Assembly: GCF_003918875.1 (NCBI RefSeq)
Contig: NW_025766336.1
Span: forward strand, 992,001-1,056,000
Direction: 5' to 3'
Length of the DNA stretch: 64,000 nt
Source of the DNA: Haliotis rubra
Taxonomy: Eukaryota
Notes under the pieces: generated by a model
What the model was told of the DNA's origin: nothing
What the model saw: the letters and a program-made list of their open reading frames with translations, nothing else
Database searches by the model: none
Position numbers and translations under genes: made by a program
In this document: positions 62,701 through 64,000 of the stretch, piece by piece
Position numbering within the stretch: position 1 is the first letter of the stretch
Layout: each line of letters begins with the position of its first letter

Positions 62701-64000
62701 TTTTACGTTTGTCTGACAGGTACATCGACGCTTATTGATGGATGATCACTTGGGAGTAGGCGAACCATTGAATGAGACGGGCGATGACGGCAAAGGGCTC
62801 GTGGCTTTTGGTAAAACCAGTCTTTACAATCAATTACGTTTTCACTGTTCGTTCGATTTGACGTTAGTGAATCTCATAATGATTCCCAAACAATCATTAC
62901 ACACTTTATGTTTTCACAAATATATTACTTAAGCAATAAACCTTATGAAAGCAAGATTAAGATTTATTTATCCCTGTGAAGGTGAAGAACATGCTGTGTA
63001 TCCGATGTTTGTATGTATTGGTATCAGTCTAGAATCAGATGTGATATTGTTGCAGGATCACACTACTTGCTTCTCGACACGATACCTGCATCTGCAGCAA
63101 GACACCGACTCCTCGCTGAAGACATCTTCATGAAACCAATGGTGTCTGTCTCAGAGGCAGATCACACCTTCCAGTCATGGAGCGATCTTTATGTCACAAA
63201 TGTAGGTATACCCTCTGTAACAATCATATGCTGTAATCTGGATTCTCATAGGCCGAATGTAGCGTTGTTTATCGCGTGAACACAAATATATAACTGCCAA
63301 GAGGAGTCAGTCCTCTATCAACTAAAATGTCCTGAACAGGACAGTTCCAACACACGATCACATTCATACAGAACATTCTAAAACTATCATTTTACGAGCA
63401 ATGGCGTCTCTGTCACTGCCATAAGCGTTAGCTCCGTCGCTCAGTATTATCATGCATTCAGACATGTATATACTTATTGTTGTTGCAGCGATCGTTTATC
63501 CAGAAAAGCCTCCCGGAAATGTTCACCTCCTGACCCTCGCGCAGATCCCACACGATTACAGCGAGGCAACTTCATTCCTTATCTTCAGACTCGAGCACCA
63601 ATTTGAGAGAACGGAGGACCCCGAACTATCTCAACCAGTAAAGGTGTATGTGAAAGTAAGGACGTGATAAGTCAGCATTGGCATTTTTAGTAACTGAATT
63701 ACAGTCATAGTGTATGATTCATTGCCGGATCTGTGGGAATTACGAGAACATGGTATGATTTACCTAAATAAAAATGGCATATATTTAACAGGTTCAACTA
63801 GTTTCAAAGAAACAAACCTGCTTTCTACGTAGACTACTTCACAACAAGTATGATGTGTACAGTTTCATGGAGTTCCTTACTCGTCGTTTCTTCTTTCAGG
63901 AACTGTTTACTCCATTTGACATAATCAACATAGAGGAACTGACTCTTGCTGCAAACATGCCACTGAAAGATTTGGATCGCCTTGCTTGGCGTTCAGCACC
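47713..64000 (+). CDS. MAN2B1: Lysosomal alpha-mannosidase (GH38), 25 exons in the window, 3' end beyond the window
   Basis: Exons 47713-47793 (signal peptide), 48234-48336 ([18 protein letters not shown]), 49658-49831, 50480-50673 (WQIDPFGHS), 52243-52351, 52767-52864, 52974-53045, 53179-53295 (TMGSDF), 53774-53977, 54210-54282, 54651-54690 (QHHDAI), 56121-56190, 57104-57223, 57679-57795, 58400-58493, 58609-58679, 59178-59402 (SGAYIFRP), 59995-60113, 60400-60501 (TDANGRE), 61261-61348 ([11 protein letters not shown]), 62071-62157, 62720-62810, 63056-63201 (or 63205), 63489-63655, 63900-end. All GT-AG; phases consistent except at the exon 23/24 junction. Confidence 0.95.
50915..51600 (-). mobile_element. 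Degenerate mariner transposase relic
   Basis: Across frameshifts the minus strand gives [44 protein letters not shown] and [24 protein letters not shown]. Confidence 0.7.
52620..52687 (+). repeat. Exact copy of most of MAN2B1 exon 7 inside intron 5
   Basis: Identical to 52980-53047 (offset 360 bp). Confidence 0.95.
57415..57563. repeat. Palindromic Penelope-like/hammerhead-derived repeat
   Basis: ATTTTATGGATATACAGCTTCTTTATT ... AATAAAGAAGTTGTATATCCATAAAAT arms; TTGACAA-TGACAT-loop-ATGTC-GAAACGTC core. Confidence 0.7.
57845..57961. repeat. Palindromic repeat with a minimal hammerhead-like core on the minus strand
   Basis: Minus strand CTGACGA-AGGGGC-ATGAATTA-GCTCT-GAAA-CGCC; arms ATTCTTTGTACGGCGTTTCAG / CTGAAACGTCGGACAAAGAAT. 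Confidence 0.65.
58841..59007. other. Assembly gap (167 N) followed by a (TG)n-rich tract
   Basis: Run of N. Confidence 1.
59592..59753 (+). mobile_element. SINE family A copy
   Basis: Full unit; TSD-like CTCAGAT(T/A)CTTC. Confidence 0.88.
60746..60846 (-). mobile_element. 5'-truncated retroposon 3' end with (ACTC)n tail
   Basis: 13-bp TSD CCCTACAATGAGA at 60733-60745 and 60847-60859; tail GCTGAAATATTGCCGA..ACGTTAAA related to SINE families A and B. Confidence 0.75.
60945..61175 (-). mobile_element. Degenerate 5S rRNA-derived SINE (SINE3-like)
   Basis: Minus strand GTTAAGCAACTTTGGGCGCGGAGAGTCCTTGGATGGGTGACC resembles the 5S internal promoter (GCTAAGCAGGGTCGGGCCTGGTTAGTACTTGGATGGGAGACC), followed by a non-5S body. 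Confidence 0.55.
62243..62405 (+). mobile_element. SINE family A copy, near consensus
   Basis: 12-bp TSD ACATCGTGGCGA at 62231-62242 and 62406-62417. Confidence 0.93.

Overview
This is eukaryotic, intron-rich, AT-rich genomic DNA from an invertebrate. The repeat inventory suggests a mollusc, probably an abalone-like gastropod (inference). There are two assembly gaps (46745-46972 and 58841-59007). Four spliced genes form two head-to-head pairs. RPL3 (-; 8 coding exons, 400 aa, 5'TOP start, intronic SNORD83-type C/D snoRNA) is divergent from NDUFB10 (+; 4 exons, 155 aa), with the ATGs about 265 bp apart. A BCAP/BANK1/Dof-like adaptor gene (-; TIR-like, DBB, ankyrin, YxxM) is divergent from a lysosomal alpha-mannosidase (MAN2B1-like, +; 25 exons, running off the window end). 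The first 12 kb is repeat: a young, internally deleted Ty3/Gypsy element (TAAA TSD, tRNA-Lys PBS, PPT), two G-rich minisatellites and a truncated LINE. Introns carry several SINE families, Tc1/mariner and Crypton relics, MITEs, a HINE-like element and palindromes with hammerhead-like cores. Most unusual observations: (1) an LTR with a perfect 52-bp duplication whose two copies end in a splice donor and a splice acceptor (U3-R-intron-R'-U5 design); (2) a 62-bp sequence shared in sense orientation by introns of RPL3 and NDUFB10; (3) the RPL3/NDUFB10 head-to-head pairing, which mirrors human RPL3L/NDUFB10. All calls were made by eye; no database searches were run.
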